Below, in pieces: positions 1 through 9,875 of a DNA stretch of 64,000 nt. The translations under genes were made by a program, and so were the position numbers. Positions within the stretch are counted from its first letter, which is position 1. Each line of letters starts with the position of its first letter. The notes beneath the pieces are model-generated. The model saw nothing but the letters and a program-made list of their open reading frames with translations. It searched no databases and was not told the origin of the DNA. Origin of the DNA: an uncultured Alphaproteobacteria bacterium (GTDB taxonomy: Bacteria; Pseudomonadota; Alphaproteobacteria; Rhizobiales; Methyloligellaceae); contig CAWJXT010000019.1 of assembly GCA_963846875.1 (NCBI GenBank), positions 13,225 to 77,224 of the forward strand, given 5' to 3'.

Positions 1-1150
1 CCTCGCTGAAATCGACCTGCGCGGCGAGGAAGCTCGCTGAGGAGATGCGGTCGTCGCTCCTGGCCGCCATATAGCCGAGCGTCGCGGAGAGCAGGGTGCC
101 TCCAACGCAATAGCCGAGCGCGTTGACCTGCCGCATCCCGGTCTGCCGGTTGACCGCATCGAGAGCCGCCAGAATACCTTCGCGCATATAGTCCTCGAAG
201 GTCTTCTCGGCGAGCCGTGCATCGGGGTTCACCCAGGAGATCACGAACACGGTGAAGCCTTGGTCGACCGCCCATTTGATGAAGCTCTTCTCCGGTACGA
301 GATCGAGGATGTAGAACTTGTTGATCCAAGGCGGCACGACGAGCAGCGGTCGCTCATAAGTTTCGGCCGTGCTCGGGCTGTATTGGATGAGCTGGATGAG
401 GTCGTTCTGAAATACGACTTTTCCGGGGGTGACCGCGAGGTTCTTGCCGACCTCGAAGGCCGACAAGTCGGTCTGGCTGATGCGCAGCAGATCTTTCGAA
501 TGCTCGAGGTCGTGGGCAAGATGGGCCATGCCCTGAACGAGGTTGGCGGCGTTGGTCGCAAACGTCGTGCGGAGCACCTCGGGATTGGTCAGCGCGAAGT
601 TCGAGGGGGAAAGCGCGGCCAGCATCTGTTCCAGATAGAACAGCGCCCGCTTACGCGTCTTGTCGTCAACGCCCTCGGTCTTGCGCGTCACGTCCTCCGC
701 CCAGCGGGCGGTGATGAGATAAGCCTGCTTCCAGAAGTCGAAAAACTGGCCGTTCGACCAGTCGGGATCCTTGAAGCGATTGTCGCCGGGCTCTGGCTCG
801 ATCACGGGCTTCACCTCCTCGCCGAGGAGGCGGCGGAAGGAACGGCTCCACAACTCGGCATAGCCGCTGAACAGCTCATTTTGCGCGGCTGCAAGCTTGC
901 CTGGATCGCTCACCCAATGGCGGGCGATCTCGCCCAAGGATTTAGCGGCCTCGCCGGCCTCGGCCGCGACGCTATAAGGGCCCGCGCCGTTGCCGCGCTC
1001 AGCCAAGGACCCGAGCACCTTGGTGCCCTCATCGAAAAGCCGCACCATGTTGCGCGTGAAGGTATCGATTTGGCCACCTTCCCGATCCTCGGACTTGGTA
1101 TCAGCCGCTGCTTTGTTGCTCCCTTGCGTAGCTTTATTGATCTTTTGCAT
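1..1150 (-). CDS. phaC: Class I poly(R)-hydroxyalkanoate synthase (3' end runs off the window)
   Basis: Manual translation from the ATG at 1150 gives DNRFKDPDW..FDFWKQAYL, PPWINKFYILDL, VFVISWVNPD and the lipase-like box GYCVGG. Confidence 0.93.
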   Translation of the reverse strand, partial: MQKINKATQGSNKAAADTKSEDREGGQIDTFTRNMVRLFDEGTKVLGSLAERGNGAGPYSVAAEAGEAAKSLGEIARHWVSDPGKLAAAQNELFSGYAELWSRSFRRLLGEEVKPVIEPEPGDNRFKDPDWSNGQFFDFWKQAYLITARWAEDVTRKTEGVDDKTRKRALFYLEQMLAALSPSNFALTNPEVLRTTFATNAANLVQGMAHLAHDLEHSKDLLRISQTDLSAFEVGKNLAVTPGKVVFQNDLIQLIQYSPSTAETYERPLLVVPPWINKFYILDLVPEKSFIKWAVDQGFTVFVISWVNPDARLAEKTFEDYMREGILAALDAVNRQTGMRQVNALGYCVGGTLLSATLGYMAARSDDRISSASFLAAQVDFSE

Positions 1151-1323
1151 TCAGGTCCCCGCTCTTAGCCCTTACCCTCGATTAACCTTTCTCACGCCAC
1201 AACGGCGGTACGGCGCATTTCCCCGGTCGCTTTTGTTCTAAAGTCTATTGTGCTATGCAATATAGCAAGGGGCCGACGATGCCAATCGCCGGGAAACAAG
1301 GACCACCAACTGCCATTTGCCAG

Positions 1324-1578
1324 ATGCTTCGCCTTCTGCCCAGACTTGCTTCGTTGCTTCTCATCGCCTCGCTGCCCTTGGGCGCAAGCGGCTGCGCGCA
1401 ATCGCAGGGCCCGGTCGGCAAGTTCACCGACCTCATGAAGAGCTACGACAAGACGCTGACCAAGGACCAACAAGCAGCCGCCATCACCGAGATGCAGAGC
1501 GACGTCAAGCACAAGGACGGGACGACGCAACAAGACGTGACCAGCTCGGTCGCTAAGCCCGCCCCAGCGCAAAACTAG
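1324..1578 (+). CDS. Small putative lipoprotein
   Basis: MLRLLPRLASLLLIASLPLGASGC: signal peptide with lipobox ASGC. Confidence 0.6.
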   Translation: MLRLLPRLASLLLIASLPLGASGCAQSQGPVGKFTDLMKSYDKTLTKDQQAAAITEMQSDVKHKDGTTQQDVTSSVAKPAPAQN

Positions 1579-1693
1579 CGCTAATTCGTCTTTCCATGGG
1601 CCGCCGCCATCTTGCCCGCAGCCTTATGTCTATGGTTCAACTGCGGGCTTACCTGGGGGGACGAAGGTCCGCCAGGATAAAGGGACGCGTATC

Positions 1694-2926
1694 GTGCAAA
1701 GTGATTTTCACAGGATCAAGCGGCTTCCTCCTTACGTCTTCGAGCAGGTGAACAAGCTCAAGGCGCAGGCCCGTGCGCGCGGCGAGGACATAATCGATTT
1801 CGGCATGGGCAATCCAGACATGCCGACGCCCGAGCATATCGTGGCGAAGTTGGTCGAGACGGTGCAGAACCCGCGAACCAACCGCTATTCCGCCTCGCGC
1901 GGCATCCAAGGCTTGCGCCGCGCTCAGGCCGCCTATTACGCGCGCCGTTTCGGCGTCAAGCTCGATCCGGAAGCGCAGGTCGTGACCACCCTCGGCTCCA
2001 AGGAAGGCTTCGCCAATATGGCGCAGGCCATCACCGCGCCGGGTGACGTGATCCTAGTGCCGAACCCGACCTACCCGATCCATGAGTTCGGTTTCATTAT
2101 GTCCGGGGGCGTCATTCGCCATCTGCCGGCGCGCACCGATTCCGCCTTCATGTCCTCGCTGGACAAGGCGGTGAAGCATTCGGTGCCGAAACCTTCCGCG
2201 CTCGTGCTCAACTATCCCGCCAATCCCACCGCGGTCGTCGCCGACCTCGGCTTCTATCGAGAGGTCGTGGCCTTCGCCAAGCGTCACGACCTGATCGTGC
2301 TCTCCGATCTCGCTTATGCGGAAATTTATTTCGAGGGTGAGCCGCCCCCTTCGATTCTTGAGGTTCCGGGCGCGATCGACATCGCCGTGGAGTTCACCAC
2401 GCTTTCCAAGACCTACGCCATGCCCGGCTGGCGCATGGGTTTTGCTGTCGGCAACGAGCGGCTGATCGAAGCGCTCACGCGGGTGAAGTCCTATCTCGAC
2501 TATGGCGCCTTCACGCCCATCCAGGTGGCGGCCACCGCAGCGCTCAACGGTCCGCAGGACTGCATCGACGAGATTCGGGGCATCTATCGCCACCGCCGGG
2601 ACTGCCTCGTCGACGCGCTCGCCAAGGCCGGGTGGATGATCCCGTCGCCGCCCGCGACGATGTTCGCCTGGGCTCCGATCCCCGATATGTTCGCCCATCT
2701 GGGCTCGCTCGAATTCTCTAAGCTTCTCTTGGAGCGGGCCGGGGTCGCGGTTTCGCCCGGCGTGGGCTTCGGCGAATATGGCGAGGGATATGTGCGTATC
2801 GCTCTGGTTGAAAACGAGCAGCGCACCCGTCAGGCTGCACGCAACATCCGGAAATTCCTTTCTGAATCGGCCAACACGCTGCACAACGTCATTCCCATTG
2901 CGTCGAAGGCGAAAGGGAAAGCCTAA
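1694..2926 (+). CDS. PLP-dependent class I/II aminotransferase (AlaC / LL-DAP aminotransferase-like)
   Basis: DFGMGNPD, NYPANPT, DLAY and SKTYAMPGWRMG motifs; conserved position upstream of hom. Confidence 0.9.
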   Translation: MQSDFHRIKRLPPYVFEQVNKLKAQARARGEDIIDFGMGNPDMPTPEHIVAKLVETVQNPRTNRYSASRGIQGLRRAQAAYYARRFGVKLDPEAQVVTTLGSKEGFANMAQAITAPGDVILVPNPTYPIHEFGFIMSGGVIRHLPARTDSAFMSSLDKAVKHSVPKPSALVLNYPANPTAVVADLGFYREVVAFAKRHDLIVLSDLAYAEIYFEGEPPPSILEVPGAIDIAVEFTTLSKTYAMPGWRMGFAVGNERLIEALTRVKSYLDYGAFTPIQVAATAALNGPQDCIDEIRGIYRHRRDCLVDALAKAGWMIPSPPATMFAWAPIPDMFAHLGSLEFSKLLLERAGVAVSPGVGFGEYGEGYVRIALVENEQRTRQAARNIRKFLSESANTLHNVIPIASKAKGKA

Positions 2927-2935
2927 TCTCTCGAA

Positions 2936-4258
2936 ATGGCGGATGCTCTGAAACTCGGGCTAGCCGGACTCGGCACGGTCGGGTGCGGGGTCTTGCAGAT
3001 GCTGCAAGCCCGCGGCGGCTCTCTTGCCGACCGCGCCGGCAGGCCCATCGAGGTGGTCGCAGTGTCGGCCCGCGACCAGAAAAGGCGGCGCGCGGCAGAT
3101 GTTTCGCGTTTCCGCTTTGTCGAGGATCCGGTCGCGCTGGCCCGCGACCCTGCGATCAACACCTTCGTCGAATTGATCGGAGGCGAGAGCGGCGCGGCCA
3201 AGGAATTGATCGAAGCTGCGCTCAAGGCCGGCAAAAGCGTGGTCACCGCTAACAAGGCTCTCCTTGCCCATCACGGCCCGAGCCTCGCTGCGCTTGCCGA
3301 GAAGCATGGTGTGGCGCTCAGCTTCGAGGCAGCCGTGGCCGGCGGCATTCCCGTGGTGAAGGTGATGCGGGAGAGCCTGCAAGGCGACGAGATCAACCGC
3401 GTCTACGGCATCCTCAACGGCACCTGCAACTACATCCTCACGCTCATGCAGCAAGAGGGCACGTCCTTTGCCACTGCGCTGAAAGAAGCGCAAAGCCAAG
3501 GTTACGCCGAGGCCGATCCCTCCTTCGATGTGGGCGGCTTCGACACTGCGCACAAGCTTGCGCTGCTAACCACGCTTGCCTTCGGCACCCGCACCAGCTT
3601 CGAGTCGATCTATGTTGAGGGCATCGAGACTATCACGCCGGCCGATATTGAGTCCGCCGATGATCTCGGTTATCGCATCAAGCTGCTGGGCGTGGCGCTC
3701 CGCACCGATAGCGGCATCGAGCAGCGCGTGCATCCAACCATGGTGCCGAAGCACCGGGCCATTGCCGAGGTGGACGGCGTCTCCAACTGCGTCGCCATCG
3801 ATGGGGATTTCGTGGGCGAGGTGATGCTGATCGGGGTCGGTGCGGGCGCAAGCGCCTCTGCTTCCTCGGTGGTGAGCGATCTCGTCGACATCGCCCGCGG
3901 CCACATCCTGCCGCCTTTCATCACCCCCGCGAAGGACCTGAAGCCTTACCGCAAGGCGCAAATGCGCGCCCATGAAGGCGGCTACTACATCCGACTCTCG
4001 GTCTATGACCGCCCGGGCGCCTTTGCCGCGATTGCCACCCGCATGGCCGAGCAGGGCATCTCCATCGAGAGCATCGTGCAGCGCCGCAAGCGGGCTGAGC
4101 TGCCGGGCTTCAAGCGCCAGGACACGGGCTCACCCGCCGCCGTCGTCATGATCACCCACGAGACGACCGAGGCTGCCATCAGGAAGGCGCTCGCAGCCAT
4201 CGAGCGCGATGCCCATGTGGACGCCAAGCCCCAGATGATCCGCATAGAAAAACTGTGA
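2936..4258 (+). CDS. hom: Homoserine dehydrogenase with C-terminal ACT domain
   Basis: GLGTVG, VVTANKA, FEAAVAGGIP, GILNGTCNYIL, GYAEADP. Confidence 0.96.
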   Translation: MADALKLGLAGLGTVGCGVLQMLQARGGSLADRAGRPIEVVAVSARDQKRRRAADVSRFRFVEDPVALARDPAINTFVELIGGESGAAKELIEAALKAGKSVVTANKALLAHHGPSLAALAEKHGVALSFEAAVAGGIPVVKVMRESLQGDEINRVYGILNGTCNYILTLMQQEGTSFATALKEAQSQGYAEADPSFDVGGFDTAHKLALLTTLAFGTRTSFESIYVEGIETITPADIESADDLGYRIKLLGVALRTDSGIEQRVHPTMVPKHRAIAEVDGVSNCVAIDGDFVGEVMLIGVGAGASASASSVVSDLVDIARGHILPPFITPAKDLKPYRKAQMRAHEGGYYIRLSVYDRPGAFAAIATRMAEQGISIESIVQRRKRAELPGFKRQDTGSPAAVVMITHETTEAAIRKALAAIERDAHVDAKPQMIRIEKL

Positions 4259-4319
4259 TAAGCAGGTGTAGAAGCCTTTGCCTGGATGCATACCAGCGCG
4301 ACAGGGGAGAGGATCCGAG

Positions 4320-5345
4320 GTGGCTAAAGCTTCGGCCAAGATCGGACTAGACCACACACTCGCCCTTGAGATCATCCGGGTGACCGAGGCGACGGCGACC
4401 GCCGCAGCTCGGCTGCGCGGCCGGGGCGATGAGGCCGCCGCCGACCAGGCCGCCGTGAGCGCAATGTATCGCGAGCTCGCGCAATTGCCAATGCAGGGCG
4501 TTGTGGTCGTAGGCGAGGGCGAGGAAGGCGAAACCTCGGTCCTCTATATAGGCGAGACGATCGGCTGCGGCTCCAAGACCGGGCCAGAGGTCGATATCGC
4601 CATCGATCCCTTAGAAGGCGCGACCCTCTGCGCCAAGGCGCTCCCCAATGCGATAGCGGTCGTGGCTATCGCCGAGCGCGGCAGTCTCTTGAAGGTGCCG
4701 GTCAGCTATATGGACAAGATCGCCATCGGGCCGGGGTATGAGGACGGCCTTGTCGATCTCGACGCGCCGGCCGCCGACAATCTCAAGCGCCTCGCCAAGG
4801 CTAAAGGCGTGAAGGTGAGCGAAATTACCGCCTGCATTCTCGACCGGCCGCGCCATGGCAAGCTGATCGAGGACGTGAGGGCTGCGGGCGCCGCGGTCCG
4901 GCTCATCGGCGATGGCGACATCGCCGGCGTTATTCACACCACCGAGCCGCAAGACACCGGCATCGACATCTATATGGGCGTGGGCGGCGCGCCGGAAGGC
5001 GTGCTCGCGGCGGCTGCCCTTGCCTGCATCGGCGGCCAGATGCAGGGGCGCCTGGTGACGCCCAACGAGCAGCAGCGGGAGCGTGTCCGCGCCACCGCCA
5101 TCAACGATCTCAACCGCAAATACACCATGCACGACATGGCATCCGGGGACGTGTGCTTTGCCGCTACCGGTGTCACCGACGGATCGCTGCTCGAGGGGGT
5201 TCGGTTCACCCCGGACGCGATCTTTACCCACACCGTCGTGATGCGCGCCGCGACCCGCACCGTGCGCTGGATCAGGACCGCGCAGCACGACGCGAGCAAG
5301 TTCGAAAGCCGAGAAGGCTGCCTGCCACCTGCCCGAATCAGTTAG
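4320..5345 (+). CDS. glpX: Class II fructose-1,6-bisphosphatase
   Basis: RVTE, GRGD, DPLEG, YMDKIA, GVGGAPEGVLAAAA, FAATGVTDG; GTG start at 4320 chosen. Confidence 0.92.
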   Translation: MAKASAKIGLDHTLALEIIRVTEATATAAARLRGRGDEAAADQAAVSAMYRELAQLPMQGVVVVGEGEEGETSVLYIGETIGCGSKTGPEVDIAIDPLEGATLCAKALPNAIAVVAIAERGSLLKVPVSYMDKIAIGPGYEDGLVDLDAPAADNLKRLAKAKGVKVSEITACILDRPRHGKLIEDVRAAGAAVRLIGDGDIAGVIHTTEPQDTGIDIYMGVGGAPEGVLAAAALACIGGQMQGRLVTPNEQQRERVRATAINDLNRKYTMHDMASGDVCFAATGVTDGSLLEGVRFTPDAIFTHTVVMRAATRTVRWIRTAQHDASKFESREGCLPPARIS

Positions 5346-5369
5346 GCTTGCTGCTCGAACTTCTCTCAA

Positions 5370-7223
5370 GTGTGCAGGTGCTCTGGCGTGACGGCGATCC
5401 TCAGACGTGAACCAGCTCTGGTTGCGGCTTCGCCGGCATTTCTCAGCGTCGAAGCTTCCGCGCGTGGCTTGCGTTGGGTCGAGCGGCTTGAACCTCACCG
5501 CGCCCCCGTTGCGTCGGCCATTGCCCAAGCATATGGACTCCCCGAGCTGCTCGGCCGTGTGCTGGCCGCGCGGGGTGCCGAGATCCAATCGCTCCCCCTT
5601 TTTCTCGAGCCATCCATCCGCGACCTCCTGCCTGAACCAGCGAGCTTGCAGGACATGCAAAAGGCGGCGGAGCGCTTTGCGAGGGCGATCCGCGACAAGG
5701 AGCCTATGGCGGTCTTCGGCGACTACGACGTCGATGGCGCCGCCTCGGTAGCGCTGATCGAACGCTTCCTGCGCGCGCATGCGCTCGGCTGCACGACCTA
5801 CATCCCCGACCGGCTCACCGAAGGCTATGGACCGACCCCTGCCGCGCTCGCGGGGCTCGCGGGGGAAGGGGCCGCGCTCATCCTGATCGTCGATTGCGGC
5901 ACGGCAGCGGAGGCGGCCGTCGCTGCGGCCAATTCCGCCGGCGCCGAGGTCATTGTCATCGACCACCACCAGGCGGACGAGGCGTTGCCCCCGGCCTACG
6001 CAGTTTTGAACCCCAATCGTCAGGACGATCTCTCGGGCCAAGGCCATCTCGCCGCTGCGGGCGTCGTCTTTCTATTCTTGGTGGCCACCACGCGGGTGCT
6101 TCGCAGCGACGGCTTCTACCGGGACCGTCCGGAGCCCGACCTGCTGCAGCTGCTCGATCTCGTGGCGCTTGCGACGGTTTGCGACGTAGTGCCGCTCAAG
6201 GGTGCCAACCGCGCTTTCGTTGCCAAGGGTCTCAAAGTCTTGCGCCTCAGGCACAATACGGGCTTGCGCGCGCTTGCCGACATCGCGCGCCTCGACCGCG
6301 CACCCACCTCCTACACGCTCGGCTTCATTCTCGGCCCCTACATCAATGCCGGCGGCAGGGTCGGCGCGTCGGGCCTCGGTGCAAAATTGCTCGCCACCGA
6401 CGACGACCTCGAGGCGCGAGATCTCGCAGCCCGGCTCCACGCGCTCAATACCGAGCGCAGAGCGATCGAGGAGCGCATGCTGGAGGAAGCCTTCGCCCTC
6501 TCGGATGCCATCCTCGCCGCCGACCCGGCAAGCCCGCTGATCCTTGTCGGCACCGACGGCTGGCATAAGGGGCTCGTGGAACTCATCGCCGGTCGGGTCG
6601 CCGAGCGATTTCATCGTCCCAGTCTCGTCATCGCTTGGGAGCCCGATGGTCAGGGCACGGGCTCGGCCCGATCCATCGCGTCGGTGGATCTCGGCGAGAC
6701 GGTGAGGAATGCCGTGCATGCGGGCTTGCTCATCAAAGGCGGCGGTCACGCCATGGCCGCGGGCTTCAAGCTCGAGCGGCGCATGCAGGACCGTCTCTTC
6801 GCCTTCATGGCCGAGCGCCTTGCTCCCACCGTCGCGGCCGCATCCGCGAACCGCACGCTTGCGCTGGACGGCGCATTGTCGGCGGGCGGCGCAAGCCTGG
6901 AGCTGATCGAGCTCTTGGAGCGAGCGGGGCCCTACGGACCAAGTCATCCGGAATCGCGCTTCGTCTTCCCGGCCCATCGGCTCTCCCGCGTCCGCCTCCT
7001 CAAGGAGGCACACATCCGTTGCACCCTGCAAGCGTCGGACGGTGGGCGGCTGGAGGCCTGCGCGTTCCGCGTGGGCGACACGCCGCTTGCCAAGCTGCTC
7101 TTGCAGTCGGAAGGGCTGCCGCTGCACGTGGTGGGCCATATGCGGCGCGCGACCTGGAATGGGCGCGAGAGCATCGAGCTCATTATCGAGGATGCGGCCG
7201 ACCCGCGCCCCGCCGTGCGCTAA
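5370..7223 (+). CDS. recJ: Single-stranded-DNA exonuclease RecJ
   Basis: GDYDVDG, VDCG, IDHH, ATVCDVVPL, GSARS, GGGHAMAAG; start uncertain. Confidence 0.94.
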   Translation: MCRCSGVTAILRREPALVAASPAFLSVEASARGLRWVERLEPHRAPVASAIAQAYGLPELLGRVLAARGAEIQSLPLFLEPSIRDLLPEPASLQDMQKAAERFARAIRDKEPMAVFGDYDVDGAASVALIERFLRAHALGCTTYIPDRLTEGYGPTPAALAGLAGEGAALILIVDCGTAAEAAVAAANSAGAEVIVIDHHQADEALPPAYAVLNPNRQDDLSGQGHLAAAGVVFLFLVATTRVLRSDGFYRDRPEPDLLQLLDLVALATVCDVVPLKGANRAFVAKGLKVLRLRHNTGLRALADIARLDRAPTSYTLGFILGPYINAGGRVGASGLGAKLLATDDDLEARDLAARLHALNTERRAIEERMLEEAFALSDAILAADPASPLILVGTDGWHKGLVELIAGRVAERFHRPSLVIAWEPDGQGTGSARSIASVDLGETVRNAVHAGLLIKGGGHAMAAGFKLERRMQDRLFAFMAERLAPTVAAASANRTLALDGALSAGGASLELIELLERAGPYGPSHPESRFVFPAHRLSRVRLLKEAHIRCTLQASDGGRLEACAFRVGDTPLAKLLLQSEGLPLHVVGHMRRATWNGRESIELIIEDAADPRPAVR

Positions 7224-7261
7224 GACCTCTTCCACCAAGCGTCCCGTCGCTAACGGGTTTC

Positions 7262-7290
7262 TTGCGAGAATCCACAAAGCTTTCTATATG
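7262..7290 (+). promoter_or_regulatory. Sigma70-type promoter of tRNA-Glu
   Basis: TTGCGA-N17-TATATG ending 15 bp upstream of the tRNA. Confidence 0.55.
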
Positions 7291-7305
7291 ACCGGGAGGC
7301 CACGC

Positions 7306-7380
7306 GCCCCCTTCGTCTAATGGTTAGGACGTCAGGTTTTCAACCTGAAAACAGGAGTTCAATTCTCCTAGGGGGTACCA
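7306..7380 (+). tRNA. tRNA-Glu(TTC)
   Basis: Cloverleaf; anticodon arm TCAGG-TTTTCAA-CCTGA; T-loop GTTCAAT; encoded CCA. Confidence 0.95.
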
Positions 7381-7696
7381 GTGCATTCATTGAGTTAGGT
7401 CACGCGCTGGACGAAGTGTCCAATATTTGTCCCTATCAAGGGGCCGCTGAGCGGCCCTCAGAACCTGGGGCGCCTTAACGGGCTGGGCCTTATATAGCGC
7501 GGTCAACTACCTCCGCCCGACTATATGGCCATGAAGGACGTTGGGAGAAACGAAACGGATCAGGCCAGCAAAAGGCTTTCTCCCCGTTCCCTTGTGCCCT
7601 TGCGACATGGTTGGAAAGGGGTTTGGAGATACCGATCTTTACGACTGCCCCAACTGCGGGGCCATCATACAACTCAGCGACCATCGGCAAGTTCGG

Positions 7697-7906
7697 TCAG
7701 CGCTGCCCGAAGCTCTTGGGTGAGATGACGCGGAGACGGCCTACCGTGAGATCATCGATCTCGACCTTGCGCAACCGCGCCTGCCTGATGTCCAGCCGAC
7801 CAACTGCCAGAGCGCCGATCGCTAATGCCCCCACCGCCAAGGCGCCGAGTGCGAGCGCTCCTACCGCCACGGCGGGCGTGCTTACAGGCGGAAGCTGAAC
7901 CGGCAT
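7697..7906 (-). CDS. Small hypothetical membrane protein with GALA(V/I/L) repeats
   Basis: MPVQ...VGALALGALAVGALAIGALAVGRLDIRQARLRKVEIDDLTVGRLRV. Confidence 0.6.
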   Translation of the reverse strand: MPVQLPPVSTPAVAVGALALGALAVGALAIGALAVGRLDIRQARLRKVEIDDLTVGRLRVISPKSFGQR

Positions 7907-8170
7907 CCACTCGCGCTCTCTCACTGCGACAGCGCGAGTGTGCGTGCTTGACCTGCCGTGGAGCGAAGGTTCCGCTAGCCGCGCTGCAGTAGCGGAGCCG
8001 GTAACAGCCGCGAGGAGAAAAGCGAGACCGGTCCCAATCCTCATCCAAGGAAGATACACCAAACTCGGCTAGGTCTGTTGTCCCACCCGCACGCGGCGAA
8101 CACGTGCACTAAGCGGCGACGGGCGAAGCGTCTCCGCGGCGCGCCCATGTCCCCCGCTAGCGACAGGAGG

Positions 8171-8656
8171 CTAGAAAGGCCCGCGACCAGCGTGACGTGC
8201 GCGCGCTGCGCGGCGAGCCGCCATACGCTCCGCCATGTCGCGGTCAGCCTTGGCGATCTTCTTGAACACTCGCTTGCGCTCAGCCTCACGCTTCCTCGCC
8301 TGCAACGCATTCCACTCCGCTACCAACTCCCGCTGTCGCTTGGCGTGCTCCGCGATGGAGGGCGGGGTCTCCCTTGGCGTGTTGTCGCGCTCGGTCTTGG
8401 CGTTGCACGGGATGTTCAGACAAGCTGCCGCGGCAATAGCGCGAACGTATGCCGTTGCATCATCCGGGCTCGGGAAGCCGACGTCGGGCCGCCATGGTGC
8501 TATCAACTTCCGTAGCTCCCTGCCGAAGTCCTCGTGGCTCAGCTTCGTGCTGATCTGGGGCTGCGCCATCTGGAGAAGCCACTGGTTCACCACGATCCTC
8601 GCTCGACTGATGGTGAGGCCCTTTTCCGGTTTCCGTGCTTTCGTCATCTTGCTCAT
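8171..8656 (-). CDS. Hypothetical protein with basic coiled-coil C-terminus
   Basis: 161-aa ORF with a purine-rich GGAAGGTGA immediately before the ATG; inside the islet. Confidence 0.45.
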   Translation of the reverse strand: MSKMTKARKPEKGLTISRARIVVNQWLLQMAQPQISTKLSHEDFGRELRKLIAPWRPDVGFPSPDDATAYVRAIAAAACLNIPCNAKTERDNTPRETPPSIAEHAKRQRELVAEWNALQARKREAERKRVFKKIAKADRDMAERMAARRAARARHAGRGPF

Positions 8657-8991
8657 TCACCTTCCGCCTTCCGACTGAAAGGCACCCACCTCTCAGCCTG
8701 CCGAGGCGTCCAAATTGTGTCTTTTGCTTCGGTCGCCCTTCTGGCAGGCACACTTCCCCCGTCACTTGGGTCGAAGTTTTTGCAACGGATATGGCTTAGA
8801 TATCGCGTAGCGTTAAGTGTCCAATATCGATCCAATATAAAACGGCCTTTGAGACGGCGTCAGAAACTCCTGGGCGGGCTAAACGCGGTTAGCCGGCAAC
8901 CGGTCGAGGATGAAACGTCCAGCCTATAGGCAATTCTCCTAAGGGGTACCACTCTTATGGATGTGGTCTCGCCCTTCAGCGCATGGCCAGC

Positions 8992-9411
8992 CTACCATTT
9001 CCCCGTATTGGGCATCGACGCCCAAGGCTCCTGCTTGGGCAGGGGCTTGCCCTTCTGCAATAGTTCTATGGACACATTGTCGGGCGAGCGGATAAACGCC
9101 ATGTAGCCGTCCCGCGGCGGCCGGTTGATGGTGATGCCGCTTTTCACCAGACGCTCGCACGTCGCGTAGATGTCGTCCACCCGATAGGCGAGGTGGCCAA
9201 AATTACGCCCTTCGCCATAGACCTCCGGGTCCCAATTGTAGGTGAGTTCGACCTGTGCGTCCTCATCGCCCGGCGCGGCCAGGAAGATCAGCGTGTAGCG
9301 GCCTTGGCCGTTCTCCATGCGCTGGATCTCCTTCAACCCAAGCTTGTTCACATAAAAGTCGAGCGATTGGTCGATGTCGGAAATGCGCAGCATGGTGTGC
9401 AGAAATTTCAT
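8992..9411 (-). CDS. gloA: Lactoylglutathione lyase (glyoxalase I, VOC family)
   Basis: LHTMLRI, ELTYNWD, GRNFGHLAY, AFIRSPD..IELLQ. Confidence 0.92.
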   Translation of the reverse strand: MKFLHTMLRISDIDQSLDFYVNKLGLKEIQRMENGQGRYTLIFLAAPGDEDAQVELTYNWDPEVYGEGRNFGHLAYRVDDIYATCERLVKSGITINRPPRDGYMAFIRSPDNVSIELLQKGKPLPKQEPWASMPNTGKW

Positions 9412-9875
9412 GACCTACCTCACTCCTCGGGGGCCCTGGCACCTTGAACCACAGCGACACACGCCGTGACAAGCCGGTGACAAGCGCGGTCATCGGTACT
9501 TGCACTGTCGATTTAATCGCCATTGTTGCCGCACGCCCACAGTCTGTTGCGCGGCGGCGCCAAGCGCAAGAGGAAGTGAATTTTCACTCGACGCTAGAGA
9601 CGCTTGCGGGTTTCCGTCGCATGCGAAGCATGACACAGCGGAAAGTTCGCGCCAATCCCGGTGTCAGGGAATATTTGCTTGCCAATCAGTTGCTTGCGCG
9701 TGAGTTATCGCGAAGCGCGGCAAGTACGGGCCGACCTGTGGATGAGGAATGCGCGTGCGGAAATTTCCTCTGGCCTCGTTAAGCGGCGATGCTATGTTCG
9801 CAACCGAGTGTATTCCGGCCGATTTGTCTGGGCGTCGCATCGGCTGGCTTGAAAGTGAAGCGGGGGAATGCGGCG

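Larger units (their letters stand above)
7360..8951. mobile_element. Small integrative islet remnant at tRNA-Glu (att 7360-7380 and 8931-8951)
   Basis: CAATTCTCCTAGGGGGTACCA (tRNA 3' end) recurs as CAATTCTCCTAAGGGGTACCA (20/21 identical); no integrase ORF inside. Confidence 0.8.

Noticed and set aside
260-1168. 302-aa plus-strand ORF and other long antisense ORFs (e.g. 4611-6047, 34506-36674, 47283-48647)
   Set aside because: Shadow ORFs opposite well-supported genes, as expected in GC-rich DNA.
6330-6345. RecJ reads GPYINA instead of the usual GPRINA
   Set aside because: The core DHH and DHHA1 motifs are intact, and one substitution is too little to infer altered function.
7541-7723. 60-aa ORF with CPC..CPNC (zinc-ribbon-like)
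   Set aside because: TTG start, overlaps the end of an opposite-strand ORF, and no family recognised.
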